Source: a virus
Lineage: Duplodnaviria > Caudoviricetes
Strand: one strand, 5' to 3'
IMG/VR virus record: IMGVR_UViG_3300009184_000006
Location: 1-55,553 of that record
Length of the DNA: 55,553 bases
Positions 7,825 to 17,131 of the stretch are shown here, piece after piece. Numbering within the stretch: the stretch's first letter is position 1; every line of letters starts with the position of its first letter. Below the pieces are notes generated by a model, which saw only the letters and a program-made list of their open reading frames with translations, had not been told where the DNA came from and made no database searches. The translations under genes were made by a program, and so were the position numbers.

Positions 7825-10318
7825 TTTGACCTCCTAAGGTTTGTTGTGCGCTTTCCAGCGCGGCGATAGCAGTTTTCTCCTGCTCGTGCTTCAAGACGGA
7901 GGTATCGTGCGATAACTCCGCAGTCTTGATTCTCTCTTCTGTCAGATTGTCGCTCGCGTTCGTCGCGATGTCGATCTGCATTTTGCGGTTGTTGTCCAGC
8001 ATCGTGGCTTGCAGCTTCGCTTTGTCGTGCTCCGCATCCATCTGGTCTTTCGCTGCACGCCGCTGAGTTTCGGCCATCGAGGTCTGCATGATCACTTTGT
8101 CCGACGCGTCCATCGGCGGCTCGGGTTTGTACTGCTGCATGGTCTGCACAAGCTTTTGCAACGCTGGCATCACCTTGGTGAACGCATCTTTCGTGTCCAT
8201 ATCGGTGTGCTGCGACGCCAACGCGTACAACTTGTCGATCTCCCCGGTGATTCCCGGCACGTCGTAATCTGCGGGTTTCTTGCCCAATGACTCTTCGACA
8301 TACCCGTTCATGTGACCCATGTACCACAAGATCAAGTGCTGCTTGAAGTGTTCGAGGAACGCTGGCATGAAAGACGGAGCGATGATGGGCGATGAACCCA
8401 GCATCGGGTTGAGCGCGAAGTCCAAATGCGCTTGGATGTGCGCCAATTGATTTTGGTGCGGGTAGGCAAACGCTGCACGACCAATCGCCATCGCTGCGTT
8501 CTCCTCGGCTGCGTTCGATTCGGTCGGTTCCACGATGCTCGGCATCAACTCGGAGGGGTTCGGCACCTTCATCTGCTTGATCACCCGCTGGATAACGGCA
8601 CGACGATCGAACTGGTCCGGGTATTTCTCCATCAGCGCCAGCACCGCTTGGTTCTGTGCAAATCGCTGAGTCTCGCTGAAAATGTGCGGATCGCTCACCG
8701 GAATCACGTCGGTGTTGCGATTGAAGTCCTCGCGTTTGATCGGCAGCTCTTGGACAATGTCTCCCTTGCGCATGTCGTCCAAATACCAGCGATTGATACG
8801 CTGCAGGATCATCAGCACCCGGCCTTGCGACTGGTGCAATCGGGCGTGAATTGCCGAGAACACCGCCGCGCCCTGCTCGATCAGCGCCTGAGTGGTCCCA
8901 ACTGGTGCGTTGTTGGTGATGTCGGCGATTTTCTCCTCGCTCGTGGTCACAACACCCTTTGCTGCGGTGGTCAGCCAGCCCAGCAGATTGAAAAGCGTCT
9001 CGCTTGGTGGGTTAAAAGGCATCGGCATCGCGATTTTGCGAATGTCGTCGACCCCCGGAGCACCCTCGATCTCGGCCACTTGGGTCACTTCGACCTGCTG
9101 CGATTGCCCCGAAATCTTCGCGCCTTTGAGCTTGAGCATCGTCGCGGCGTTGTTGATGTGCGCCGAATCCATCAATGCACGCAATGCGCCGGTCAACGCA
9201 GCAGAAAGGCCACCGATCAGGTGTGGGAGACCAATCGCGTAGGCTCCGCGCCACGGGATGAACTTGAACTCGACCATCCAGTCGAGCTTGGCCATGCTCT
9301 CGTCGCCCTCTTCCCAATTGCGATACAGTCCGACCACCTCGGTGTTCAGCTCGTCGATCATCAAAATGTAGGGCGCAATCTCGCCTTTCGAGTGTCCATC
9401 GTCTTCTACTGGCATGTTCACGTAGATGTGGTACACCCGGCGCAACCCGTCCTCGTTGTCCTCGAACTGTCGACCCTCGATCTTGTTATTCGCCTTCTCG
9501 GCGGCAGTCATCTCGGGTTCCATGCTGGCGCGAATGATGTCGATGTCGCGGTACAGACCGCTGGAGACACGCGATTCGAATTCCTCTTGCGTGATGTCCT
9601 GCTGTTCCGTTACCCGTTGCGCAGTATAGAACGACCCGGCAGCAAATGGGAGCAGCACGTTGTCCACCGCCACGAACTCGGCGCAGGGGCGTTTCATGCG
9701 GGTGTCGTACCACAACTTCAAATACTGCGATCCACCGAGTGGCAACTGCGTGAGCATCTGCTCTTGCTCGTCGCGAAATTCCTCGATCTGCTCGGTCAGC
9801 TGCCAATTCATGAAGTCGCGTTTGCGCTCCGCACGCTGTGTAGCTTCCTCTTCGGCTTTGCCCACGACCTTGGTGCGCACTGGACCATCGGGCGGAAACA
9901 GCTCTTTAATCGCTCGCGACTCGAAATCAATGCAGGCCTCGGCCATGATCGGATGCACGACCTTGCTGGCCCCGGCGAACGTCGCACCACCGGGCGCATC
10001 GTTTCCCATGCCGGTGCGCTTTAATCCCTCTTCGTATTTCTTGTCTCGATCCTTGCGAGCTTCCCGGTCCTTTTCCACCATTTCGATGTACTTGAGCGCA
10101 ATGCGGCTTAGATCCCACGACGGGAGCGACTCGGCTAAATTCTCGTAGAAATCGCCTTCTTGCATCGGACCGTTGAAGTCGTCCATTCGCACGATCGCTG
10201 ACCCATCGGGCTGCTCTTCAACTTCTGCAAATTCGTCTTCCAAGTCGAACACCAACCCCTCAGTGTCTTCGGGTCCGGGTGCTGCTTCCATCTGCGGTTG
10301 TGGGAATTCGGTTGCCAT
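7814..10318 (-). CDS. Portal protein (P22-like, long C-terminal barrel)
   Basis: 834 aa; GASKVVHP..AEAC..F...AIKELFP..GPV, LPLGGS..KLWYD, APVGTT.ALIEQG. Confidence 0.85.
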   Translation of the reverse strand: MATEFPQPQMEAAPGPEDTEGLVFDLEDEFAEVEEQPDGSAIVRMDDFNGPMQEGDFYENLAESLPSWDLSRIALKYIEMVEKDREARKDRDKKYEEGLKRTGMGNDAPGGATFAGASKVVHPIMAEACIDFESRAIKELFPPDGPVRTKVVGKAEEEATQRAERKRDFMNWQLTEQIEEFRDEQEQMLTQLPLGGSQYLKLWYDTRMKRPCAEFVAVDNVLLPFAAGSFYTAQRVTEQQDITQEEFESRVSSGLYRDIDIIRASMEPEMTAAEKANNKIEGRQFEDNEDGLRRVYHIYVNMPVEDDGHSKGEIAPYILMIDELNTEVVGLYRNWEEGDESMAKLDWMVEFKFIPWRGAYAIGLPHLIGGLSAALTGALRALMDSAHINNAATMLKLKGAKISGQSQQVEVTQVAEIEGAPGVDDIRKIAMPMPFNPPSETLFNLLGWLTTAAKGVVTTSEEKIADITNNAPVGTTQALIEQGAAVFSAIHARLHQSQGRVLMILQRINRWYLDDMRKGDIVQELPIKREDFNRNTDVIPVSDPHIFSETQRFAQNQAVLALMEKYPDQFDRRAVIQRVIKQMKVPNPSELMPSIVEPTESNAAEENAAMAIGRAAFAYPHQNQLAHIQAHLDFALNPMLGSSPIIAPSFMPAFLEHFKQHLILWYMGHMNGYVEESLGKKPADYDVPGITGEIDKLYALASQHTDMDTKDAFTKVMPALQKLVQTMQQYKPEPPMDASDKVIMQTSMAETQRRAAKDQMDAEHDKAKLQATMLDNNRKMQIDIATNASDNLTEERIKTAELSHDTSVLKHEQEKTAIAALESAQQTLGGQNGY

Positions 10319-10344
10319 AAAAGTCCTTTATTGTATCACGGGCG

Positions 10345-11676
10345 TTAGTCGTTGTTCCACAGATTCTCGGGCCGATACTTCGGTTCTGCGTGCTCGCCAC
10401 GTGCGTATTTTTCCAGATCTTTCGGGGTCATCATACCACTCTCAAGTGTCGTTTCGTACGACCCCATCGAAAAATCCTTGGCCGAATTCATCATCTGCTG
10501 ATAGCGTTCCGGGTCCGCTTCCTTGATCTGGCGTAGCGCACCACGTAGCTGCATTGGTGGTACATTGGAGCTTGGTGTGCCAAGCATGACGTTCAACGCG
10601 CCGGATGGGCGCATCGGTCCGAAAAATTCCCAATCGTTCGGTGCGTATTCGGGGTCAGTCAAATGCTCGTACATCCGCTCGATTTGGAATTCGTTGCCTG
10701 ATGGGTCAAACGCTTTGGTCGGCTTCGCACCACTCAACTGGTTCTGTACGAACTCTATTGCTTCTTTTTTGGACATGCCCTGCTTAATAGCGGCCATGAT
10801 GAGACCGGGCATCATGTCGGCGCTAACAGCTGCAGCGGCTGGCGCTACGGATTCAGCCAAACTCGCGACGTTTGGTAAGGGTATCATGCCTTGCATCGCT
10901 TGACCCGCTGCGGATTTGAGCACGGTGCGACGAGAAACGGGCGTTTCGGTGATCGATTTCAAGGTCGATTTCGTAGCTCCTGCATCGGGCGACACGGTGG
11001 TCGTCTTTTCGGTCAGCGTTGGCGCTTGGCCCTCTTTGCCGAATTGCTTCTCCAGCTTAGCGAGTGCTTTGTCGTCGATCCGGGCCAATGGGAAATCCAT
11101 TGCTGGTTGGGCTTTCAATCCGAACAACGAGCGACGTGCGAGATCCGGCTTGTCGGCGACCTTAGTGCCTTTCATCAGCAACTCATCCGCCATCTGCTGC
11201 ACGGTCTTTTTCGCACTGCCACCACCAGCAAATGCACGTCTGGGCATTGGTGCACGCATCAAGTCGGAGCTTCGCGCCTTGGGCGGCGTGGCACGCATCT
11301 CGGGTCCCGCGTAGGTCTCCGCATTGTGTGGCATGAAGTCCACACGCCGGGTTGCAGTTGCCGGGTCGTATGCCTTGTTAGACGCGGCTGCACGCATATG
11401 AGCCATAGCTGCACGTTGCAATTCGGGCGTTGGAAATCTGCGCTGAAATTCCTCAGCCATGCGACGATCTTGGTCGTCTTCGCTCAGCTGCGGCATCGAA
11501 GGTTTAGGCAATGGACCAAGGCGTTTAAGCAGCTCCTCGTCGTGTCCTTTGTTTAAATCGCCAGCGTGCAAAGCCATGTATGTGGGAACCGACGCACGCA
11601 AACCAGCGAACATCGTGGCCACATCCGCAGGATCGGGGTCCATCGCTTTTACAAGGTCTTCATACCAAGCTGCCAT
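10345..11676 (-). CDS. Hypothetical protein between terL and portal, possibly an internal virion protein
   Basis: GAGG RBS before MAAWYED; contains FAGGG and RR-hydrophobic segments. Confidence 0.65.
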   Translation of the reverse strand: MAAWYEDLVKAMDPDPADVATMFAGLRASVPTYMALHAGDLNKGHDEELLKRLGPLPKPSMPQLSEDDQDRRMAEEFQRRFPTPELQRAAMAHMRAAASNKAYDPATATRRVDFMPHNAETYAGPEMRATPPKARSSDLMRAPMPRRAFAGGGSAKKTVQQMADELLMKGTKVADKPDLARRSLFGLKAQPAMDFPLARIDDKALAKLEKQFGKEGQAPTLTEKTTTVSPDAGATKSTLKSITETPVSRRTVLKSAAGQAMQGMIPLPNVASLAESVAPAAAAVSADMMPGLIMAAIKQGMSKKEAIEFVQNQLSGAKPTKAFDPSGNEFQIERMYEHLTDPEYAPNDWEFFGPMRPSGALNVMLGTPSSNVPPMQLRGALRQIKEADPERYQQMMNSAKDFSMGSYETTLESGMMTPKDLEKYARGEHAEPKYRPENLWNND

Positions 11677-11684
11677 GTCACGCC

Positions 11685-13121
11685 TCACTGTGCATACGGG
11701 TTGACCTTTTCTTGCCGCTCGTCGTCCGCGTATTCGTCGGTGGGCACGGGGTCAAAGTTGAGAAAGCCCATGTCGCGCAGCAGCCGCAGCGCTTGGGTCG
11801 TAGTGTCGGTCAAGTCGTCACGCTCGGACTCGGGGAACGAGCAGATCTGGCTCACCAGCGGTTCAGCCCAATCGCGTGGCTGGCCCCGGTGGACCGTGGA
11901 TTCGGGCACGTAGACGCGGCCATGCAGAATGATGTTGGCCACCAAGTGCAAACGCTGGACTTTGTCGGCACGCCCCGGGTTGTAAGCGCGGCACGGCACT
12001 TGTGCACGCTGCAAATCCTGCAAAATGCTGATACCCGACGCTTTGTCCTCGACCAGCACCAAGTCAACCTTTTTGCCCGGGTCGCCGTAGACCGATTTGT
12101 ACTCGTCGATCACGCGAGGGCGCAGGTCCGGGTAAGCGAGGAAGTCCTCCCAGCAATCGATGAGCATGGCGCACAGTGGCCGATCGTCATTTGGGCGAAA
12201 GATGCCCCACGTGCTGCACGCGGTCGGGTCGTTGATCGTCTTCTCAGTGTACGCGCAATCGTACGACTGCAGAATGAACAAGAACTCGGGCAATGCACGA
12301 TCCGCGTCCCACAGCTTGAACCACTCGCGTTTGACAATGCCGTAGTCTTCCGGGTCGATGACCTCGGCATACAGCTCCTGCCGTCCCAGCCGCGTGCCCT
12401 CGTACTGCGCCACGATTTCGTCACGAAACGTGGGTGCAAGGTTGTTGAAATTCTCGTGGGTCGTGCCGGTGGTCAGGTAAACACGGTCGTCGTCCATGAG
12501 CTTTCGCACGATCGGGATCGGCTTGGGTGTGGTCGTGATGCAAACGCGGGGCTTTTGCCCAAGGCGCAAGCCGAACATAAGGTTGGACCACATATCTTCG
12601 ACATTGCGGAATTTTGCAAGCTCGTCCACCCACGCCAAATCGTGCTGGGGTCCGCGCAGCGTTTCGGGGTCGTTGTCCGAATAGATCGTCGCAATCGCGC
12701 CGTTGGGCCACTCGATCCGGCGTTTCGATGGAACAAATACCGGCTTGCACTTGGGGTGCGAGATGGCCAAAATGCCGGACTCGCCCTCGATCATGACGTC
12801 GCGTGCATCGCCTGCGTCTTCAGCAATGAGTGCAACACGGCCAGCGAGACCATTTTCGACGTGGTAGCGCACGAACTCAGCACCACAACGGGTTTTGCCC
12901 CACCCACGACCAGCGAGGATAAGCCAGATGGTCCAAAGGTCGCCGGGGGGTATGAACTGGTTTGGCCGTGCCCACGTTTGCCAGTCGTAGTACAGCTCGA
13001 CGGCTTCGATGTTCGACAACTCACCCACGAACTCGCGCAGGTTCGCCGGGTCAACGAGGTTTCGGGCTTTGCTAGCCTTCTGCCTTTGACTTCTGCTCAA
13101 GCCGTTGTGCAAGGCGATCAC
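11685..13121 (-). CDS. terL: Terminase large subunit
   Basis: Walker A GRGWGKT, LRGPQ, Walker B WVDE, TTTP motif III, RNase H-like YDCA...DDLTD. Confidence 0.93.
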   Translation of the reverse strand: MIALHNGLSRSQRQKASKARNLVDPANLREFVGELSNIEAVELYYDWQTWARPNQFIPPGDLWTIWLILAGRGWGKTRCGAEFVRYHVENGLAGRVALIAEDAGDARDVMIEGESGILAISHPKCKPVFVPSKRRIEWPNGAIATIYSDNDPETLRGPQHDLAWVDELAKFRNVEDMWSNLMFGLRLGQKPRVCITTTPKPIPIVRKLMDDDRVYLTTGTTHENFNNLAPTFRDEIVAQYEGTRLGRQELYAEVIDPEDYGIVKREWFKLWDADRALPEFLFILQSYDCAYTEKTINDPTACSTWGIFRPNDDRPLCAMLIDCWEDFLAYPDLRPRVIDEYKSVYGDPGKKVDLVLVEDKASGISILQDLQRAQVPCRAYNPGRADKVQRLHLVANIILHGRVYVPESTVHRGQPRDWAEPLVSQICSFPESERDDLTDTTTQALRLLRDMGFLNFDPVPTDEYADDERQEKVNPYAQ

Positions 13122-13734
13122 GGAGTCCCTCGATGTTGATGTTTGAGTCGAGCGAGCCAGAGACGTTCATGTTCACATCTTTCGCTCGGAATTTCGCATC
13201 GTAGCCCATGAGCGTGAACTGCAGCAGCCCATCGCTGTATCGCTTCACCGTTTCGCCCGTCTTGACGCCTTGATGCACCAATGGCTCGTCGTGTCCGACT
13301 ACGGACCGGCGATACGCTTCAGCACGCATCGTGTCGACCATCTCTTCTTGTATCGCTTCCATGAGCGAATCAAAAAGTCGGTGGTCTTTGCGCCAGCCCA
13401 GCAGAGTCGTGCGGTGCACACCGGCAGTCGTGTAAGCATGGCGCATTGAAAACATGGCAGAGGCCGGACCATCACGGTACTCGGCGAGCACGATCAGCAT
13501 TTTGAATGCTCGCGTTTCCTCATGCAGCTGCAAAGCTCCCGTGGCTTCGATCGTTGGGTCGTTGCACGTGAGTGAGTGTGCCAAACGGCACGATTCGCTG
13601 GGCGGGAAACGCACGCGGTCCCGGCGTATGGCGTCGAGCAAGGCACGGGCAGAAATTCCAGCACGCCGCTCAAACTCCGCTAGAGTTTCTGCGCCGATTT
13701 GGTCGAGGGTCGTGAGGTCATCGTGAAAAGCCAT
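13072..13734 (-). CDS. terS: Terminase small subunit
   Basis: HTH-like AGVHRTTLLGWRK, EAYRRSVVG..EP and KRYSDGLLQF; directly upstream of terL. Confidence 0.75.
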   Translation of the reverse strand: MAFHDDLTTLDQIGAETLAEFERRAGISARALLDAIRRDRVRFPPSESCRLAHSLTCNDPTIEATGALQLHEETRAFKMLIVLAEYRDGPASAMFSMRHAYTTAGVHRTTLLGWRKDHRLFDSLMEAIQEEMVDTMRAEAYRRSVVGHDEPLVHQGVKTGETVKRYSDGLLQFTLMGYDAKFRAKDVNMNVSGSLDSNINIEGLRDRLAQRLEQKSKAEG

Positions 13735-13844
13735 GGGTCGGATTAAAACACAGGCAGCGAAGGCACACAATGGTCCGTTTTGCCGACGAAACAGGTTATA
13801 AAAAGCGGGTTGTGTTATAACTTCGGGTTATAAAGACACGCGCA

Positions 13845-14180
13845 CGTACGTGAGGGGAGAGAAGAGAAGCCCCATGTGGTGGTGCAACAACAGTTGGCGT
13901 CTAGAGCGAGTCGTGCTTTGTTCCATTGTTCCACGATGATGGAACAGCCGATGGAACACCCCGACAGGCCGAAAACCCGCGTCCCTCGGGGCTTCGTTCA
14001 CTTCGAACACCTTTTGTTCCATTGTTCCACCTCATACCCCCCCATATTTGAAGTGCGTTGACACGGCCAAGTCGCTCGCGTGCGTGGAACGCTGGAACAG
14101 CTGTTCTTTTTTCGAATGGGGAGGGCGTTCCGTTGGTTGTTCCATCTTGATGGAACGGTGGAACAGGGCTGGGGTTCCAC
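13845..14180. repeat. Element A: non-coding TGGAAC/GTTCCA repeat cluster, inverted homologue of element B
   Basis: About 12 motif copies; GTTCCA-N6-TGGAAC dyads at 13928-13945 and 14139-14156. Confidence 0.85.
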
Positions 14181-14225
14181 GGTGCTGGTGTTGGACCAGC
14201 ACGCCGCGTTGCGCGACGTCCCGTT

Positions 14226-14254
14226 ACTTTATCACACCTGAGCCAGCGCGTCAA
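14226..14254 (-). promoter_or_regulatory. Sigma70-like promoter pointing into element A and terS
   Basis: TTGACG-17-TAAAGT, with the AATAC prefix seen before other -35 boxes. Confidence 0.55.
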
Positions 14255-14705
14255 GTATTGCTTTGCTGTCTGCATTTCGATTCGAGTGCCACACCGCGTG
14301 AGACTCCCAGTCGGCCCGGGTCCACTTGTCGATTTGGAGTGCCGCGTCGCCACCCCGGAACAGGAACACGTCGCCGGTCGTCCCGAATTCGACCAGCAGC
14401 GCGATTTTCCCACCGCTCGTTTGGTGCCGCTCGGCCCAGTAGCGCTGTCCCGTGGTCCAGTGCCCGAGCCGGATGGGGGTTTTGACGCGGAGCGGGAAGT
14501 CGGCCACGACTTTCATTTCGATCCACCCATGCCAGCCGGGGTGGGCCAAGTACAGGTCCGGGGTGTCGCGTTTGACCCGGTTCTCGACGCGGGTCAGGTG
14601 GGCGAGGTGGCCGATCCGGCGCACCACCCAGTCGTACAGTCGCTGTTCGGGGAGTCGCATGGGTTCGTGCCTTTCGAGGATTTGCCTTTTGCGCCAGCCG
14701 GTCAT
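14232..14705 (-). CDS. PD-(D/E)xK nuclease (VRR-NUC/Holliday-junction resolvase-like)
   Basis: E.RL...RVEN....TPDL...WIEMK...Q..W. Confidence 0.7.
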   Translation of the reverse strand: MTGWRKRQILERHEPMRLPEQRLYDWVVRRIGHLAHLTRVENRVKRDTPDLYLAHPGWHGWIEMKVVADFPLRVKTPIRLGHWTTGQRYWAERHQTSGGKIALLVEFGTTGDVFLFRGGDAALQIDKWTRADWESHAVWHSNRNADSKAILDALAQV

Positions 14706-15169
14706 GTGCGGAGTTTAGCACGCAGCGCGTTGGCCAGTCGCATGCTCGCCACCCCGGGGTTGGGCGCGTTGGTCAGAATCGCCGGATCAACACCGTACTG
14801 GGCGCACAGCGCGAGCCGGGAATCGGGCGAGCGATGGATCGCAAGCAGTTGGGCCACCGTGTCCAGCTCCCGGGGGGTCCGGGTGGGCTTCGAAGGGGTC
14901 CGGAAGGCCCGGAGCGGGGTCTCGGAGGCCTTCGGCGCACGGGGTTGGGGCGTGGGTACCCGGGCGATCTCGGAGGGCTTCCGGAGGCTTCCCGTTCCAC
15001 GTGAAACGATCCGGCCACCCTCGATGCAGGTGCCGTCCGAGAGCCGGTACTTGGTCCCGTTCTTTCGGGCGTACTCGCCCTTGGCCCACCAAGGCAGGTA
15101 TAGCGGGTCGTCCGTGCCCCGGGGGGCGTGCTCGGTGAGGACTTGGTCGATGGTGGTGGACTCAAGCAT
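14702..15169 (-). CDS. Hypothetical protein with C-terminal NxGxxxMxLxNxLR motif
   Basis: Coupled ORF; shares the motif with 15700..16212. Confidence 0.6.
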   Translation of the reverse strand: MLESTTIDQVLTEHAPRGTDDPLYLPWWAKGEYARKNGTKYRLSDGTCIEGGRIVSRGTGSLRKPSEIARVPTPQPRAPKASETPLRAFRTPSKPTRTPRELDTVAQLLAIHRSPDSRLALCAQYGVDPAILTNAPNPGVASMRLANALRAKLRT

Positions 15170-15416
15170 TGCGGCCACCTTTCACGTGCACGAGGCATTC
15201 GGCCACGCGATCGGACCACTTCTCGTCCGCGTCTTCGTTGTACGCGTCGAGGGTCTCGTCCAACGAGGCATCGTCCAAGTAGTCGTTGGCGCAGTCCACG
15301 AGGTCGTTGGCCATGGCGAGCAGCCCGACTTGCTCGGGGGTCAGGCCCAGCGCGGCGAGCGCTTGGGTGGCCAATTCGAGCTGCTTTTTCGCTTTGGTGG
15401 TGAGTCGTACTTGCAT
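15162..15416 (-). CDS. Small acidic early protein
   Basis: First gene after the promoter/leader at 15421-15479. Confidence 0.7.
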   Translation of the reverse strand: MQVRLTTKAKKQLELATQALAALGLTPEQVGLLAMANDLVDCANDYLDDASLDETLDAYNEDADEKWSDRVAECLVHVKGGRNA

Positions 15417-15420
15417 TTTT

Positions 15421-15479
15421 GTGTCCTCTATCGGTTGGTTGAAAAGCCCAATTATACCACGGCTGGGGCTATTTGTCAA
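15421..15479 (-). promoter_or_regulatory. Early promoter cassette: sigma70 promoter + conserved leader/RBS
   Basis: TTGACA-17-TATAAT; leader CAACCAACCGATAGAGGAC. Confidence 0.9.
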
Positions 15480-15494
15480 GTATTACGAAAGTAT

Positions 15495-15707
15495 TCATCC
15501 GCCCAAATGTTCGTCGACGAAGGTCTCCAGCGCCCGGAGGGCGAGCCAGTGGTCCACCCGGGAGCCGTCCGCTGCCTGATCGGCAAAGGTGGCGTCGACC
15601 TTTTGCGGGGAGACGTTGGCCACGAACTGGATCCGTTGACCGTTGAGCAGCATTTCGCCGGACAAGGTGGCCGAAGCCACCCGGACCGCAGCGCGGACTT
15701 TATGCAT
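15495..15707 (-). CDS. Small hypothetical early protein
   Basis: 70 aa; AAGGA RBS; coupled to upstream gene. Confidence 0.6.
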   Translation of the reverse strand: MHKVRAAVRVASATLSGEMLLNGQRIQFVANVSPQKVDATFADQAADGSRVDHWLALRALETFVDEHLGG

Positions 15708-16212
15708 TTGCGGTTTCCTTCAAAGCTTTGCGAAGCATGTTGCCGAGATTCATGCGTTGCATGCCGACATTGAGGTGACCAAAGCGCTCGCGCAGACCGG
15801 CTTGCGAGATGCCGGTGGCTTTCGACACGTGGGCCACCACCTGCTCCAGCGTCATCGGACGCAGAGCCAGCGCCACGGCGTCGCCCTTGTCGATCGAGCG
15901 TTTCACGTCGCCGGACTTGGTCACGGTGCTGTACGACACGTATTGGGGCAGGTAGCCGCTGTACACGACGCCATTTTTGCGATCTTCGATCGGCAGCTTC
16001 GAGCGGGGAGCCTTGGCGCTCTCGGTGCTCTGCTCGGCCTTGGCAATGTAGGCGCGGGTGATGGGCGCGTCGACGACGGTGTGGCCCGACAGCTCGCCGT
16101 TGCGCAGCTTGATCTGCTTCGTATTGCCGATAACACGGGCTGTGGTCCAGCCGCCGTTTTTAGCGATGATTTCGACTTGCTGGCTGGTTTTGGTGATGAT
16201 TGCTACGTTCAT
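15700..16212 (-). CDS. Hypothetical early protein with C-terminal NxGxxxMxLxNxLR motif
   Basis: Start follows the promoter/leader at 16218-16275. Confidence 0.7.
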   Translation of the reverse strand: MNVAIITKTSQQVEIIAKNGGWTTARVIGNTKQIKLRNGELSGHTVVDAPITRAYIAKAEQSTESAKAPRSKLPIEDRKNGVVYSGYLPQYVSYSTVTKSGDVKRSIDKGDAVALALRPMTLEQVVAHVSKATGISQAGLRERFGHLNVGMQRMNLGNMLRKALKETANA

Positions 16213-16217
16213 GGTGA

Positions 16218-16275
16218 TGTCCTCTATTGGTTGGTTGAAAAGCTTAATTATAACACGGGTGGAACAGTTTGTCAA
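16218..16275 (-). promoter_or_regulatory. Early promoter cassette
   Basis: TTGACA-17-TATAAT; the spacer contains TGTTCCA; conserved leader. Confidence 0.9.
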
Positions 16276-16289
16276 GTATACCGAAGGTA

Positions 16290-16541
16290 TTACTCGCAGT
16301 GGTGGTGTACGACACGTGCGGCGTTGCGAATGACTTCGCCGTTCATGTCGAAAGCGCGATCGAAACCCCAGCCCTCAGCGACCAAGGTCTCGAGCACGGC
16401 TTCCAAATCCGTTTGGCCGCAGCCACCGTTCATCACGCTGTCGCCGGTGGCGAGGTCGTAAATCGTGGCTGTACGACCGGCGTTGCCGAATCCGGCGCAT
16501 GCGCTGAACTCGATGCTGTAGCTGGCTGGGAGTGCTTTCAT
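16290..16541 (-). CDS. Small hypothetical early protein
   Basis: 83 aa behind its own promoter. Confidence 0.7.
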   Translation of the reverse strand: MKALPASYSIEFSACAGFGNAGRTATIYDLATGDSVMNGGCGQTDLEAVLETLVAEGWGFDRAFDMNGEVIRNAARVVHHHCE

Positions 16542-16545
16542 TCGT

Positions 16546-16604
16546 TGTCCTCTATCGGTTGGTTGAAAAGTCTAATTATACCACGGGGGCAATACCTTTG
16601 TCAA
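16546..16604 (-). promoter_or_regulatory. Early promoter cassette
   Basis: TTGACA-18-TATAAT + conserved leader. Confidence 0.85.
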
Positions 16605-16607
16605 GTA

Positions 16608-16889
16608 TTACAGCCGTATTACAAAGATCCCGGACGGATCTTGCGCGGTGTCGACGTACTCTTGCACGCCGGGGGTCCACTCGGCATCGGGCCAATAGAC
16701 CACGTAGCCCATGCCCAGATGGTCCACGCGACACCCCTCTTTCGGCAAGCCCTCTAGGTCGCTGCCCCGCTCGATAGTGCAAGCGACGCACGATTTGCCG
16801 TACATGAAGCGGCCAGAATAGGACCACGGCTGCAGCTCGCGATTGAGAATCGCGTCGACCAAATCCATCGTTGTGTTCAGAATCATCAT
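16608..16889 (-). CDS. Small hypothetical early protein
   Basis: YSGRFMYGKSC...DHLGMGYVVYWP; ATGA coupling. Confidence 0.65.
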   Translation of the reverse strand: MMILNTTMDLVDAILNRELQPWSYSGRFMYGKSCVACTIERGSDLEGLPKEGCRVDHLGMGYVVYWPDAEWTPGVQEYVDTAQDPSGIFVIRL

Positions 16890-17131
16890 GGAAAAGCCCT
16901 CATTTCTTCGAGTTGACGAACATTTTTGCGAATTTGCATTTGTCGATCGCGGATCGCGTCGATTTCGCACCACACCTTGCGCACGTACTCGCTCGATGCG
17001 AGTTCGTGCTCGTGGATGCGCAGCACCTCGTAGCAGTCCTGCAATGCGCACTGCAAGCCGTAGGTGTCGGACTGGGCGAATTTACGGCGAAAGACCGCCG
17101 CAAGGTCTTGGTAGGAGATCGTGCGATTCAT
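16886..17131 (-). CDS. Small hypothetical early protein
   Basis: 81 aa; ATGA coupling; GGAG RBS. Confidence 0.65.
   Translation of the reverse strand: MNRTISYQDLAAVFRRKFAQSDTYGLQCALQDCYEVLRIHEHELASSEYVRKVWCEIDAIRDRQMQIRKNVRQLEEMRAFP

Noticed and set aside
10319-10344. TG-A-TACAAT promoter before the portal gene
   Set aside because: No -35 box, and the implied start would fall within the RBS; too weak to call
13072-13121. Programmed frameshift fusing TerS and TerL
   Set aside because: The 50-nt overlap has a usable GAGGGA RBS + GTG and no obvious slippery sequence
8426-13139. Long plus-strand ORFs (532 aa, 519 aa; also 14286..15773)
   Set aside because: Antisense shadows of well-supported minus-strand genes in GC-rich DNA, with no recognisable motifs
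13845-14180. Elements A and B as CRISPR mini-arrays or as coding ORFs (e.g. 13828..14022, 34542..34922)
   Set aside because: Repeats are 6-8 bp in both orientations without unique ~30-bp spacers; the ORFs lack RBSs and merely translate the repeats
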